From NCBI RefSeq assembly GCF_001194135.2, contig NC_068986.1:36724730-36768688 (forward strand): a stretch of 43,959 bases of DNA. The letters are read 5' to 3'. The stretch comes from Octopus bimaculoides (Eukaryota). Positions 23,951 through 34,516 of this stretch are shown piece by piece; position 1 is the first letter of the stretch, and each line of letters starts with the position of its first letter. Under the pieces are notes generated by a model that searched no databases, was not told the origin of the DNA, and was given only the letters and a program-made list of their open reading frames with translations. The position numbers were made by a program, and so were the translations under genes.

Positions 23951-24215
23951 CTAGATCTACATTATCTAATGTGTCTTTCCTTTTTTTAAATATAACATGT
24001 TGTGATTTGTAGTTGACTTAGCTCCTATTTCTTGCATGTTTGTGTATTCACCATATAGATGCTCCCGTGTTTGCTTCTGTATTTATATATATTTAATGTA
24101 AATGATGCAGATTGGTGTGTGTGAGGCATGTCGAAAGACCAGTAAAGTTCACAGTGTACGCTGATATGACCGATTAATTAAGAAGTTCGCTTCGCAATCA
24201 CGAGAATCTGGATTC
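23951..24215 (+). repeat. Copy 2 of the ~250-bp dispersed direct repeat
   Basis: Same colinear blocks as 22168-22415, roughly 75% identity by eye. Confidence 0.85.
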
Positions 24216-24249
24216 ATGCACTTTTTTCGTTGACGTTAATTTTACTTGC

Positions 24250-24373
24250 CTTGCAACAACAGTTGGCACATTTCCCTTCAAGCTGTTCAGCCTGGATATC
24301 ATTCATGAAATCATTAGCAAATTCTATGCTCTCCGATAGAAGGAAGCTTCTCAACAAGAAACACACAATTCTT
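24250..24373 (-). CDS. Candidate internal coding exon with a GC donor (phase 2 to 0)
   Basis: Acceptor ctcaatttcag|A; frame RIVCFLLRSFLLSESIEFANDFMNDIQAEQLEGKCANCCCK ends exactly at AAG|GCAAGT, the consensus for GC-AG introns. Confidence 0.4.
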
Positions 24374-24449
24374 CTGAAATTGAGCGACCCAAACGAAAAT
24401 CCGTTTTTCTAGAAGCTGCTGGTGTAGGACATGGTATGGTTCCAAACCA

Positions 24450-24505
24450 GTGACTGCTACTAATCCTACTTCTTCTACTACTACTACTACTACTACTACT
24501 ACTAT

Positions 24506-24584
<79 letters not shown>

Positions 24585-24585
24585 C

Positions 24586-24624
<39 letters not shown>

Positions 24625-24838
24625 CAGTTCCTTGCGATGATATTGATGAATATTAAAAAAATTATGACGTCTTAAAAACTTAAAAACGCAAATTAATATC
24701 TCCATTTAACAAGAGAGGGTTGTTAACATTTTATTATTATTATCAATATCCACCTCCTCCTTGTCATCGTCATCCTGATCGTCATTATCATCGTCATTAT
24801 TATTATTAGTAGTAGTAGTAGTGGTAGTAGTAGTAGTG

Positions 24839-24890
<52 letters not shown>

Positions 24891-24909
24891 CAGTAGTAGT
24901 AGTAGCTGC

Positions 24910-24954
<45 letters not shown>

Positions 24955-24957
24955 CAC
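24450..24957. repeat. Inverted pair of compound trinucleotide microsatellites: (ACT)n(AAT)n ... (ATT)n(AGT)n
   Basis: Directly visible; the outer anchors GTGACT (24450-55) and AGTCAC (24952-57) are reverse complements. Confidence 0.9.
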
Positions 24958-25280
24958 AGTATCCATTACGAAATGAAAGCAATAAACTGCAAATGGGCCA
25001 GAAAATACACGGTGTTAAGGTATTTGAATTTAATGTGTTTCTACCTTAGGCTATTTAACATTATGAGACGCATTTACGTTTAAATTTTCCATTATTGACA
25101 AGTCTTAAATATAACCTTTTCTTTTTTGTTTCTAATATTGCTTTCTTCGACTTTTAAATATTATTTTAATACAGGCATCGTTTTAATACATAAAGAAAAG
25201 GCAGTTGATATTTGTACATTAATTGCTTGTGATATTTTTTTTCCCCTTTTGGTTTCAGATTTAATATTAAATGTGATATA

Positions 25281-25330
<50 letters not shown>

Positions 25331-25716
25331 GAGAAATTATAGGACAATTTTTCCTGAACTGATAATTAATTGGTTATTTAGAAAGAATTCTGATTTACTT
25401 GGTTGCCGTTAGGAGGCTACTTGGAATATAATGCATACAATCATCACATTGAATAGCATTGCGGAGAAACGAGATGGCGAATTTCAGAGAAATATGATAA
25501 TAACGTTGAGAACAACAAACAAATGCAAATACCGACTAAAATAATATCCAGGGTATTTATGACAACAAATATCACAAACGTTACTGTCGTCTGCAAATTG
25601 CCAGTTTAAAACGTTGAATGCTTTGAATGGATTTTATTGCTAGTAGAATCCATTCACCTTTTTGTTTTATACCTGGCAACAAAGAGTCAATGTCTCGATT
25701 TCAACATATCGGGATA

Positions 25717-25910
<194 letters not shown>

Positions 25911-26224
25911 TTCTGATTCTGCTTCACTTTAACTTCTCAGAATGTATGAGGAGAAATAAGTTTGCGGGTTATTAACATCACACCCTGGAGGAATGAATGA
26001 CAAGAGAATATTATTCTTTCTCTCTTTTTCTTTACTTTTTTTTCTGTCGTCTTCTTTTTTCTGTTTTTTTTTCTGTCTTTTTTCTTTTTGCCTGTTATAT
26101 AATTGCAACTTAAAAACTGATGATGTCATTCCATCAACGTATGGACGCTGGTTGCTCTCGTTCATACTTTACGTTTAAATTTCTGTAATTTGGAATTTTT
26201 ATCACTTCTTATTTTCAACTTGAC

Positions 26225-26523
26225 AAAGACAGACGTTCTGTTGAAATATTGTTCAACTAATAAAATATCTTACAATCGAATCGCGCTCTTCGTCTTGACT
26301 GTTTACCTTTGTGAAGGGTTACGTCAATCCTTTTCAAAATATAAATTTATTTTTTGAACCAGTTGAAGACAAAAGTGATGTTGAAATATCGTTCACTAGA
26401 TAAAAAATGGAACTCTTCTTTTAATTTTGACTCTATATCTTCAGGAAGAGTTACCTCAATCCTTTCTATGTTAACCATAATGAAGAAGATTGACAAATCT
26501 ATTTTTTGAACCAGTTGAAGACA
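26225..26523 (+). repeat. Degenerate tandem duplication, period about 150 bp
   Basis: Exact 24-mer tattttttgaaccagttgaagaca at 26348-71 and 26500-23, plus colinear blocks gttgaaatat.gttca, ttgact and gttac.tcaatccttt. Confidence 0.85.
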
Positions 26524-26610
26524 CTCAACAGTAACAACAACAACAACAGCAACAACAACAACAACAACAATAACAACAACAGCAGCAACAACAACAACAA
26601 CAACAACAAC

Positions 26611-26656
<46 letters not shown>

Positions 26657-27163
26657 GTATCAGGCCCTGGCTCTAATGGCTTCTGGTCCTAAGTGATTGG
26701 AAGGGTTATCATGTACATGATTTGTCTTCGTATAAAAAGATGCACTGCAGCAAATATTCTGCTCAATACCAAAGATTAATTTGTCAGTTGTTTGATCTTA
26801 ACCAGCTGAGCATGTCCCTTAGAGGCTGACAATATGTGCATCTCTGATCACGAACAGAAGTAGTGTGGTGAAAGGAATTTTGGGGGATTTGAATAATTCA
26901 CATTTGGAAACATGGGTGTTTCGTTCAACATACTCTACTCTTATTCAGGTGGCTTTGGACCGGGATAAGCTACTCGACCGGAAGAAAGTTCTAACTGGGC
27001 CCCACCTACAAGGTTATGCGCTGTTTATTTTGATATGAGATCACTATGTCGCGCACATATGATTGTGATGCATGTGCCTGGTGTACCCTTATCAGACGGG
27101 TAGTCATAATGTGTATATTTGTACTCCAGTGTTACTTTGATGGGATGCACTGATCTCTCCCTC
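26657..27163. mobile_element. ~500-bp interspersed repeat embedded in (AAT)n, possibly the UTR or a non-autonomous derivative of a TAA-targeting LINE
   Basis: Higher-GC non-coding block bracketed by (AAC/AAT)n on the left and (AAT)n on the right. It resembles an abundant octopus repeat from memory; not verified. Confidence 0.45.
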
Positions 27164-27272
27164 AATAAGAGTAATAATAATAATAATAGTAATAATAATC
27201 CTTTCTCATAAAGGCACAAGATAGATAGAGAGAGAGAAAGAGAGAGAGATACATATATGTACACATATGAAT

Positions 27273-27274
<2 letters not shown>

Positions 27275-27349
<75 letters not shown>

Positions 27350-27375
27350 CATATATATGTATATATATATATATA
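27275..27375. repeat. (AT)n microsatellite
   Basis: Directly visible. Confidence 0.95.
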
Positions 27376-27569
27376 TGCACACACAAACATTCATATATTC
27401 ATATATATATAACCCTTATATATGTGTGTGCATCGGGTACGCACAAACACACACACACACACACACACATCATTCATATGCTATTAGAAGCAAGATGCCA
27501 GAAAGCTGACAGAAACATATAAGCATTGCAATATATTTTTTGTTGTTTCCCCTACCCTTCTCAGTACTG

Positions 27570-27710
27570 AATGAAATTCTGCTGATGTCAGCGCAGTCTT
27601 TCATGCCGCTAGGATCGATAAGGTATATATTATTAGTCAAGTATTGAAGTCGACTGTATCAACTCATCCCATCCCCTCAAAACTGTTTGCATTATGCCTC
27701 ACTTGGAGTC
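27570..27710 (+). mobile_element. Heavily decayed SINE family A, 3' half
   Basis: aaattctgctga.gtc...ctttcat...gatcgataag...agtcaagta...gtcga..tatcaactc..ccc.tccc.tcaaaa parallels family A. Confidence 0.55.
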
Positions 27711-28038
27711 CATTATGTGATCTGAGACTTCACTCACCGTTACGCCGTCTCTTGTTGCCGACCATCTGGTGATTCTACGGGTGTGCATATCTGTGCGAAA
27801 TACTATGCAGTTCTATGTCAGTTTATGTATGCTGTGTGTATATTTGCCAGTGTGAGCATGTTTATACAAACCTGAATATAAAAACGAGGAAAAAGTACTT
27901 CTTATAAGAAGCATAGTATGTAAACAAGGCAAGAAGAATACGTTGAAGCAGAGACCAATATTTCCTTCATGGAATAATGGCATTTCACCTCCTGATGAAA
28001 TCGAACCAGTTTGCTATTGGTAGAAATAACATCCTTTC

Positions 28039-28222
28039 AAGTCAGCGAGCTGGCAGAAACGCTAGCACACCGAGAGAAATGCTTAGCCGTATTTCGTCTA
28101 TTTTTACCTTTCATCCTTTCGGGGTCGATAAATTAAGTACCTGTTCTGTACTGGGGTCAATCTAATCGACTGGACCCCTCCACAGAAATGTTGGGCCTTG
28201 TGCCTAGAGTAGAAAAGAATAT
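28039..28222 (+). mobile_element. SINE family A with internal deletion of the B-box segment
   Basis: gcgagctggcagaaacgctagcacaccg..aaatgcttagc.gtatttcgtct jumps to cctttcatcctttcggggtcgataaattaagtac...ggccttgtgcctagagtagaaaagaatatt; gagttcaaat..gtcgac is missing. Confidence 0.9.
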
Positions 28223-28268
28223 TGCTGCTTTATTAAAAGTAAACATACACACAGACACACACACACTC

Positions 28269-28327
<59 letters not shown>

Positions 28328-29011
28328 ACCTCTCAAAGTGAGGTAAAACAGCTATAGTGTTATAAGCTGTTGGTAAGATAATATAGATATGTAAGTACGA
28401 AATCCAATTTAAGCAGTAACTTCAGGACTGGTTCAAGATTCGGCGTATGTATAATAAATAACACAAATGGGATTTAAAATTTACAACCGCTATTTCAATA
28501 GATAACATTAGGTTGTTTTCCATGNNNNNNNNNNNNNNNNNNNNNNNNNNNNNNNNNNNNNNNNNNNNNNNNNNNNNNNNNNNNNNNNNNNNNNNNNNNN
28601 NNNNNNNNNNNNNNNNNNNNNNNNNNNNNNNNNNNNNNNNNNNNNNNNNNNNNNNNNNNNNNNNNNNNNNNNNNNNNNNNNNNNNNNNNNNNNNNNNNNN
28701 NNNNNNNNNNNNNNNNNNNNNNNNNNNNNNNNNNNNNNNNNNNNNNNNNNNNNNNNNNNNNNNNNNNNNNNNNNNNNNNNNNNNNNNNNNNNNNNNNNNN
28801 NNNNNNNNNNNNNNNNNNNNNNNNNNNNNNNNNNNNNNNNNNNNNNNNNNNNNNNNNNNNNNNNNNNNNNNNNNNNNNNNNNNNNNNNNNNNNNNNNNNN
28901 NNNNNNNNNNNNNNNNNNNNNNNNNNNNNNNNNNNNNNNNNNNNNNNNTATATGTATGTATACATATATATATCTACATATGTTTATGTATAAGTATATA
29001 TGTCTCTCTCT

Positions 29012-29062
<51 letters not shown>

Positions 29063-29447
29063 CATGCGCGTATGTATGTACGTATATGTCTGTATGCATA
29101 TAATAAGTATGTATATATGAAATTTTGATTAATTATTTCAGCACTATTTTGCTTTAAATCACATCTGAACTATTTTGGATTCTTTATTTCATATCTTTGA
29201 TTGGAATTATTAATATATATTCAGTGTCAGAAACTTGTATGCACTAGTAATCAAATATTTATATTGAAAGAAAAACACATCCAAAAGTCATTCTAAGAGA
29301 AGCCAATCTCATTTTTCAACCATTCACACGAGAGACATGAATGTAACTTTATATTGTAAAGGAACATTGTAATATTTATATAATCTATGTCACTAGACGA
29401 CAGAAATAGTTGAATATGTAATAAATAAAGATGGCCACCTAACTGAT

Positions 29448-29711
29448 TGTCATAATTTTGCACACAAATGCAGTCAAAATTCTGCTACACAATATCGTGT
29501 TATCTTCAGGCCCAGCCTTTAACACTACGATTACGTTGATCTCTGACCCTCGGACATTGACGGATATTGTGCCACCTCTACTTAGGCTGTCTGGGTTTAT
29601 TAGTCTCTCCACCCTTCTTATCATCTGTATTGTTCCTTCTTCACTCCCTACCTAAACTGTTTCACCCATTCCACCGTCGTTGGCCTTCTGGAAATTTGCC
29701 CCTTAGACTAT
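29448..29711 (+). repeat. Donor copy of a 264-bp inverted duplication
   Basis: Reverse complement of 33023-33286 with only 2 substitutions. Confidence 0.95.
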
Positions 29712-30060
29712 GTTCTTTATGCAGCTGTCAACTTACAGCTATGGAGCCATTGACAAATTCGACAACACCAATCACGGAGTGTCTCAGAAAGCTTTGGTTA
29801 CAACTCTTTCCCTCAGACAAAACCAAAGAAAAAGAAGTATTTAGCTCAGTACATTTTTACGTTGTCAATTTAAATCTAAAAGCTCAAATCCTGAAGTAAA
29901 ATCGACTTTTCCTTTCATTCTTCTAGTTTCGATAAAATGTAGGATTTTCGGGATGAATCTGAGAGTTTGCATGAAAGGAAAAGAAAACACAATATCTCAT
30001 CCACCAATAAAAGTATTCAATCTTATTCTAAATATCAACATTATTGTAGATGAAAGATAA

Positions 30061-30665
30061 CAGTTTACTCGGCTCGATCACAGCCTCAAGACGGCTTCGG
30101 AACCTGACACACACATTCCTCACTGCGTCCATGAGATGGTCTTCGAACACCTCATTGATCATGGACACCAGCTGCTTGGCCTTGATGTAGCAGGTGCTCC
30201 ACACATAGTAATCTATATGATTGCAATTGAGAGAATTAGGAGCCAGAAATTGGCGCTTGCGAAGTCGTAGAAATGCTCCAGCAGTCACCCCAGACTGTTT
30301 CCGGAGGTATGGCAAAGAACCGAATCCTACTGCCACACATATGGCCTTACACCAGCAACGACCTCTGGCCAGGGCTGCACTACAGTCTCCAAGAACTTTA
30401 CATAGCTGACTTAATTGAGCTTAAGACCTTACTAAAAGATGTGGGGATGATCTCTGGCGTGTGGATGTAATCAGAATGATTGATGTGTCCCGTCCTACTG
30501 GCCATGGCTTGAAGTCTGTGTGGCAGTTGTCCATGTCACGTCTTACAGTAGCGTTTAGAGTGTTGACAGAGCTTTGAGCAGCCGTCATGACGCCAGTATT
30601 TTGATATTGGTGCGAAGCATCATGATACAGGTATTTTTTTTCCGGTATTCAGATGGCTTTCAGTC
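30061..30665 (-). pseudogene. Internally deleted DD37D (maT) Tc1/mariner transposase remnant
   Basis: KPSEYRKK..CIMMLR..TVRRDMDNC..GHINHSDYIHTPE is fused at about 30450 to PHIF**GLKLN..YVKFLETVVQPW..AG.RPYVWQ*DS..CHTS..FW(P)PNSLNCNHIDYYVWS..NEVFED..DAVRNVCVRFRSRLEAVIE. There are 37 residues between the second and third D after correcting one 1-nt deletion. Confidence 0.88.
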
Positions 30666-32699
30666 TCCCCTGTCAGCTACGTTTTGCTCAACTACAACTT
30701 TAATTTTTATGCTCTCCAACGCCGTTCCCTGTTTACCAATACATGAAACTTTTCCTGCAGAAAGGAGACGTAAGTACTCAATATTGGAATCTCTAGACTA
30801 GATTCCAAAACTGAGAAGTTATGTCTGTATTAGAAAAAAATATTTAGTATTTCATGATTCCCGAACTAAAAGCTAACACGTTTCATCCCTTTCCATGCTC
30901 TCACATTAAATTCAGCCGTTGTTGACTCTGAGATTTGTAATCATTATACATTGTCCGTGTTCCCCAAGACTTTGCTACTCAAGAACTCTCACCCTGTCTT
31001 TGTTTTTCTCCATCCTTCAACTTGTTTGCATTCAAGAAGAATATTTAACCGTATCGATCATATCGTTCTTTTGTATTGATTTACCAAACAATAAATGGGT
31101 CATTTGAAGAATAGCAACCCCATGAATGTCTATCTGAAGAATTCCCACCTCAGCCAGCTCTGCCTGAAGAATGGGTGCCTCAACCTAGAGTGAATATTAT
31201 TTGGATGAATAGGATAAAATATATTCGTTTTGTGTGCCTCTCTTTATTGTGAAAGTTTAAAGAGGTAAATAAGATTAATGTACACCATATTTCAATATTA
31301 ACTGAAACTGCAATAATTTGTGTAGATAATTTCGCAAAATAATATCTATGTGTTATATGTGCTTTAGTAGAGACATTATTTATTTTACTGTTTACCGCAC
31401 ATCGAGTGGAATATTTATCAAAATAATTTTCATATATAGATCATGGATTAATAAATATGAACTACTAAATATTCAACATTTTAAACAAGCGAATGTATTT
31501 ACAGTAATGTATTTAAAAGTTAGGAATTATTTTTTTTTAATCTCTCAATATTTGTATTATTTTATTACAAATAAATAACTTAACTTCTCGTCCATATACA
31601 CGTTGACTTTCATTCCCATTCCTCTGGGGATGAAACTAATAGTAGAGCGCAGAAATCGAACTGATCCACTACTTCCGTCCTACTGGCTTCGTATCTAAAT
31701 CAGAAAACATTATTACAAATAAATTTTATTTTCAGACATAACAAAATATTACGCATCAGAAAGATGTTTTTTTTTAATTCCAAAATAAAAATTACATAGT
31801 ATATTTCTTATATTCTTCTGAGAATAGCTGACACTTATTGAATAGAATTATTTTCCAAAATGGTGGAAAGTATTTTTTTTGGCTTTTTGTCTTCTGGATC
31901 AATTAAATTTTATTGCTTTCATAGTAAAAAGAAAGTTTATGGATCTTTTTAACGCAAAAATTAAATTGAAATTTATTTCAATATTGAATTAAATAAAAAT
32001 AACGAAATTAAATTATTGAAACTGTGGCCATAAGAAATTAAATAAGAATTATAAATAACAACATACCAAAATTTTCTCAATTAATTTATTTGTAAGAAAG
32101 CAATCAAATCATTGACTAATGGTGTATTCAATGATAAATAACTGTGTAGATTAAATACATCCATAATTTAAATTAGATTTCTAAAACAATTGTAAATCCT
32201 GGTGAAAATTAGAAAATAGAATAACATATTAATCTCAGTATTGGTAACAAAACCGTAAATATTAAATGTGTGTGTGTGTGTGTNNNNNNNNNNNNNNNNN
32301 NNNNNNNNNNNNNNNNNNNNNNNNNNNNNNNNNNNNNNNNNNNNNNNNNNNNNNNNNNNNNNNNNNNNTGTGTGTCTGTGTGTGTGTGTGTGTGTGCATG
32401 TGTGTGTGTGTATGTGTGTGTGTGTATGTGTGTGTGTGTGTGCTAAAGAGAGAAAAGAGAGAGAGAGTAAGGGAGGAAAATATCAACAACCCGAAGACAT
32501 AAACCGAATGCTTGCAACAGAGCGAAGTCCGCTAAAGAAATTCAAGGTCCCAGGTGGCGATGTTAAACCATGTGACAGATTAGGTGTGCAACCCATGTAG
32601 GCTATGCATGACTTGAACTTTGAATACAAAGTGCAGAAGCAAATACGTCAATACACCCAGTCTGAAGTTCTCACAATTTGGCCGACCCATCTTTTCTGC

Positions 32700-32822
32700 C
32701 TTAGCTATTTATACTTTTTATCGATTCCAGCGGTACTTGATCACTAGTTGCGAACACTCGGAACAAATATCGTGAGATATTCTATTGAACGCTCTAATGA
32801 TTCTGCCAATTCGCAGCCTGAA
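32700..32822 (-). mobile_element. Decayed SINE family A-like head, antisense
   Basis: The reverse complement begins aggctgcgaattggcagaatcattagagcg and includes tcgataaaaaagta. Confidence 0.6.
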
Positions 32823-33022
32823 AGGCTTCCTCTCTGTATAGCAGAACCTGACCAAAAGAATAAGTAAGAGGGGCTTTGAGTTGGAGTAAATAAATGTCGT
32901 TATTGCCGATATCCAGAAGACAGAAATGACTGTTGGTAACAGTGAATTCTCATTTGAATAAATAAAACATTTTCAGAATGAAACTTTAATGCACAATGCA
33001 CAATGCACAATGTTGGTTACCG

Positions 33023-33286
33023 ATAGTCTAAGGGGCACATTTCCAGAAGGCCAACGACGGTGGAATGGGTGAAACAGTTTAGGTAGGGAGTGAAGAAGGA
33101 ACAATACAGATGATAAGAAGGGTGGAGAGACTAATAAACCCTGACAGCCTAAGTAGAGGTGGCACAATATCCGTCAATGTCCGAGGGTCAGAGATCAACG
33201 TAATCGTAGTGTTAAAGGCTGGGCCTGAAGATAACACGATATTGTGTAGCAGAATTTTGACTGCATTTGTGTGCAAAATTATGACA
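33023..33286 (-). repeat. Inserted inverted copy of 29448-29711, flanked by a 16-bp direct duplication
   Basis: aatgttggttaccgat at 33009-33024 and 33297-33312; a 14-bp inverted local segment at 33285-33298 is the reverse complement of 32985-32998. Confidence 0.95.
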
Positions 33287-34502
33287 TTGTGCATTAAATG
33301 TTGGTTACCGATTTTGGATCTTTTCCTCAAAAAGGAATGGTAAATCTGATTTACGTATTAGTAAGAATAAATGTGTATAACCCTAGTTGGACAGAGTCTT
33401 TTGGATTCGGAGGAAGAGAAAATATTTATCACGTCCTCGTTTTTAGCTGTTGTTTTGCTGCAGTTTTTGTTGTTGGTGTGAAGGTAGCCTCATTTCAGCC
33501 CTGACAGAACAAACTCATGATCCAAACAGATTCCGACTGTGAATATGCCATCGTTTTTTACGTCAGTTATAACGTTGTTCAATAAATCCTTTCTTTTATA
33601 AGTCAAAGGTTTGTAATAGGAGGCAAATTTAGTAGAACGAGTGACACCAAGGATGAGACTCGCTTCCGTATTAATATCTGTCATACTTGCTATTTTGTTC
33701 TTGTCGCATTACCTTATAAAGCTTTTCAATCTTTGACGAAAACTGATGCTAATCAGACAAGTTATAGCTCATTTGTATTGTTTGATGATAATCACGTCTA
33801 AATTAGGCAACAGACAGAAATTCTTAAGGCGAAGAAATAAGCAAAAGAACTCACATTTATTTATCAAAGAGAAAGTATGAGACAATTACGTATGATTATT
33901 CATATATGTGTACACAAAGGTATATATTGCATACGTGTGCATCTGTGTATATACAGGCGCACATACACTCACAGAAATACACACAAGCACACATTGAAAC
34001 ACACACACACACATACATATTTATAGCTGCATGTGGTAGTGTATATATGTATATAAAAATATATATGTGCGAATATATGTAGACATATTATATTATATAT
34101 GCACATATATATACATATATTTATATTATATTACACACACACGCATGTATGTGTGTGTGTATATCATATATATACAAACGCACATATATATACACATATG
34201 TACATATATATATGTTGATATTATGCATATATATAAATATATATATAATAATATATACGTATATATATGCATATATATATACATATATATATATACTAGC
34301 ATAATTACGCCCATCCATATATAAATGTGTTTCTGCAAATACTTGTGTATTTAACGAAGTCCTACACTGCATTTTCACTGAACATTCTCTGACCTATTTA
34401 CAGCATAGCAACTCAATCTAAAACAACAAATAGATGTCATCTCTTCCCATATGATAGTCTTTATTTCTTCATTTTTTTTTCTAAATTTTGTGCTCATCTT
34501 CG

Positions 34503-34516
34503 GTTGCTATGGTAAC
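34503..34516. promoter_or_regulatory. RFX X-box-like palindrome GTTGCTATGGTAAC
   Basis: Fits the GTNRCC/T-AT-RGNAAC X-box pattern; a single motif with no promoter context established. Confidence 0.25.

Noticed and set aside
29439-29899. ORFs within the duplicated 264-bp block as genes, or as a CR1/L2 RT fragment (TDD...WAEDN after shifts)
   Set aside because: The motif spacing is about 10 residues off from what I recall, and the frames are broken; identity left open.
32840-32940. Trypsin-like motif NNDIYLLQLKAPLTY on the minus strand
   Set aside because: An isolated short match with no His or Ser catalytic motifs elsewhere in the window; likely chance.
29448-33286. Long-TIR DNA transposon bounded by the two 264-bp arms
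   Set aside because: No TSD outside the arms, the direct repeat flanks only the right copy, and the interior is unrelated debris.
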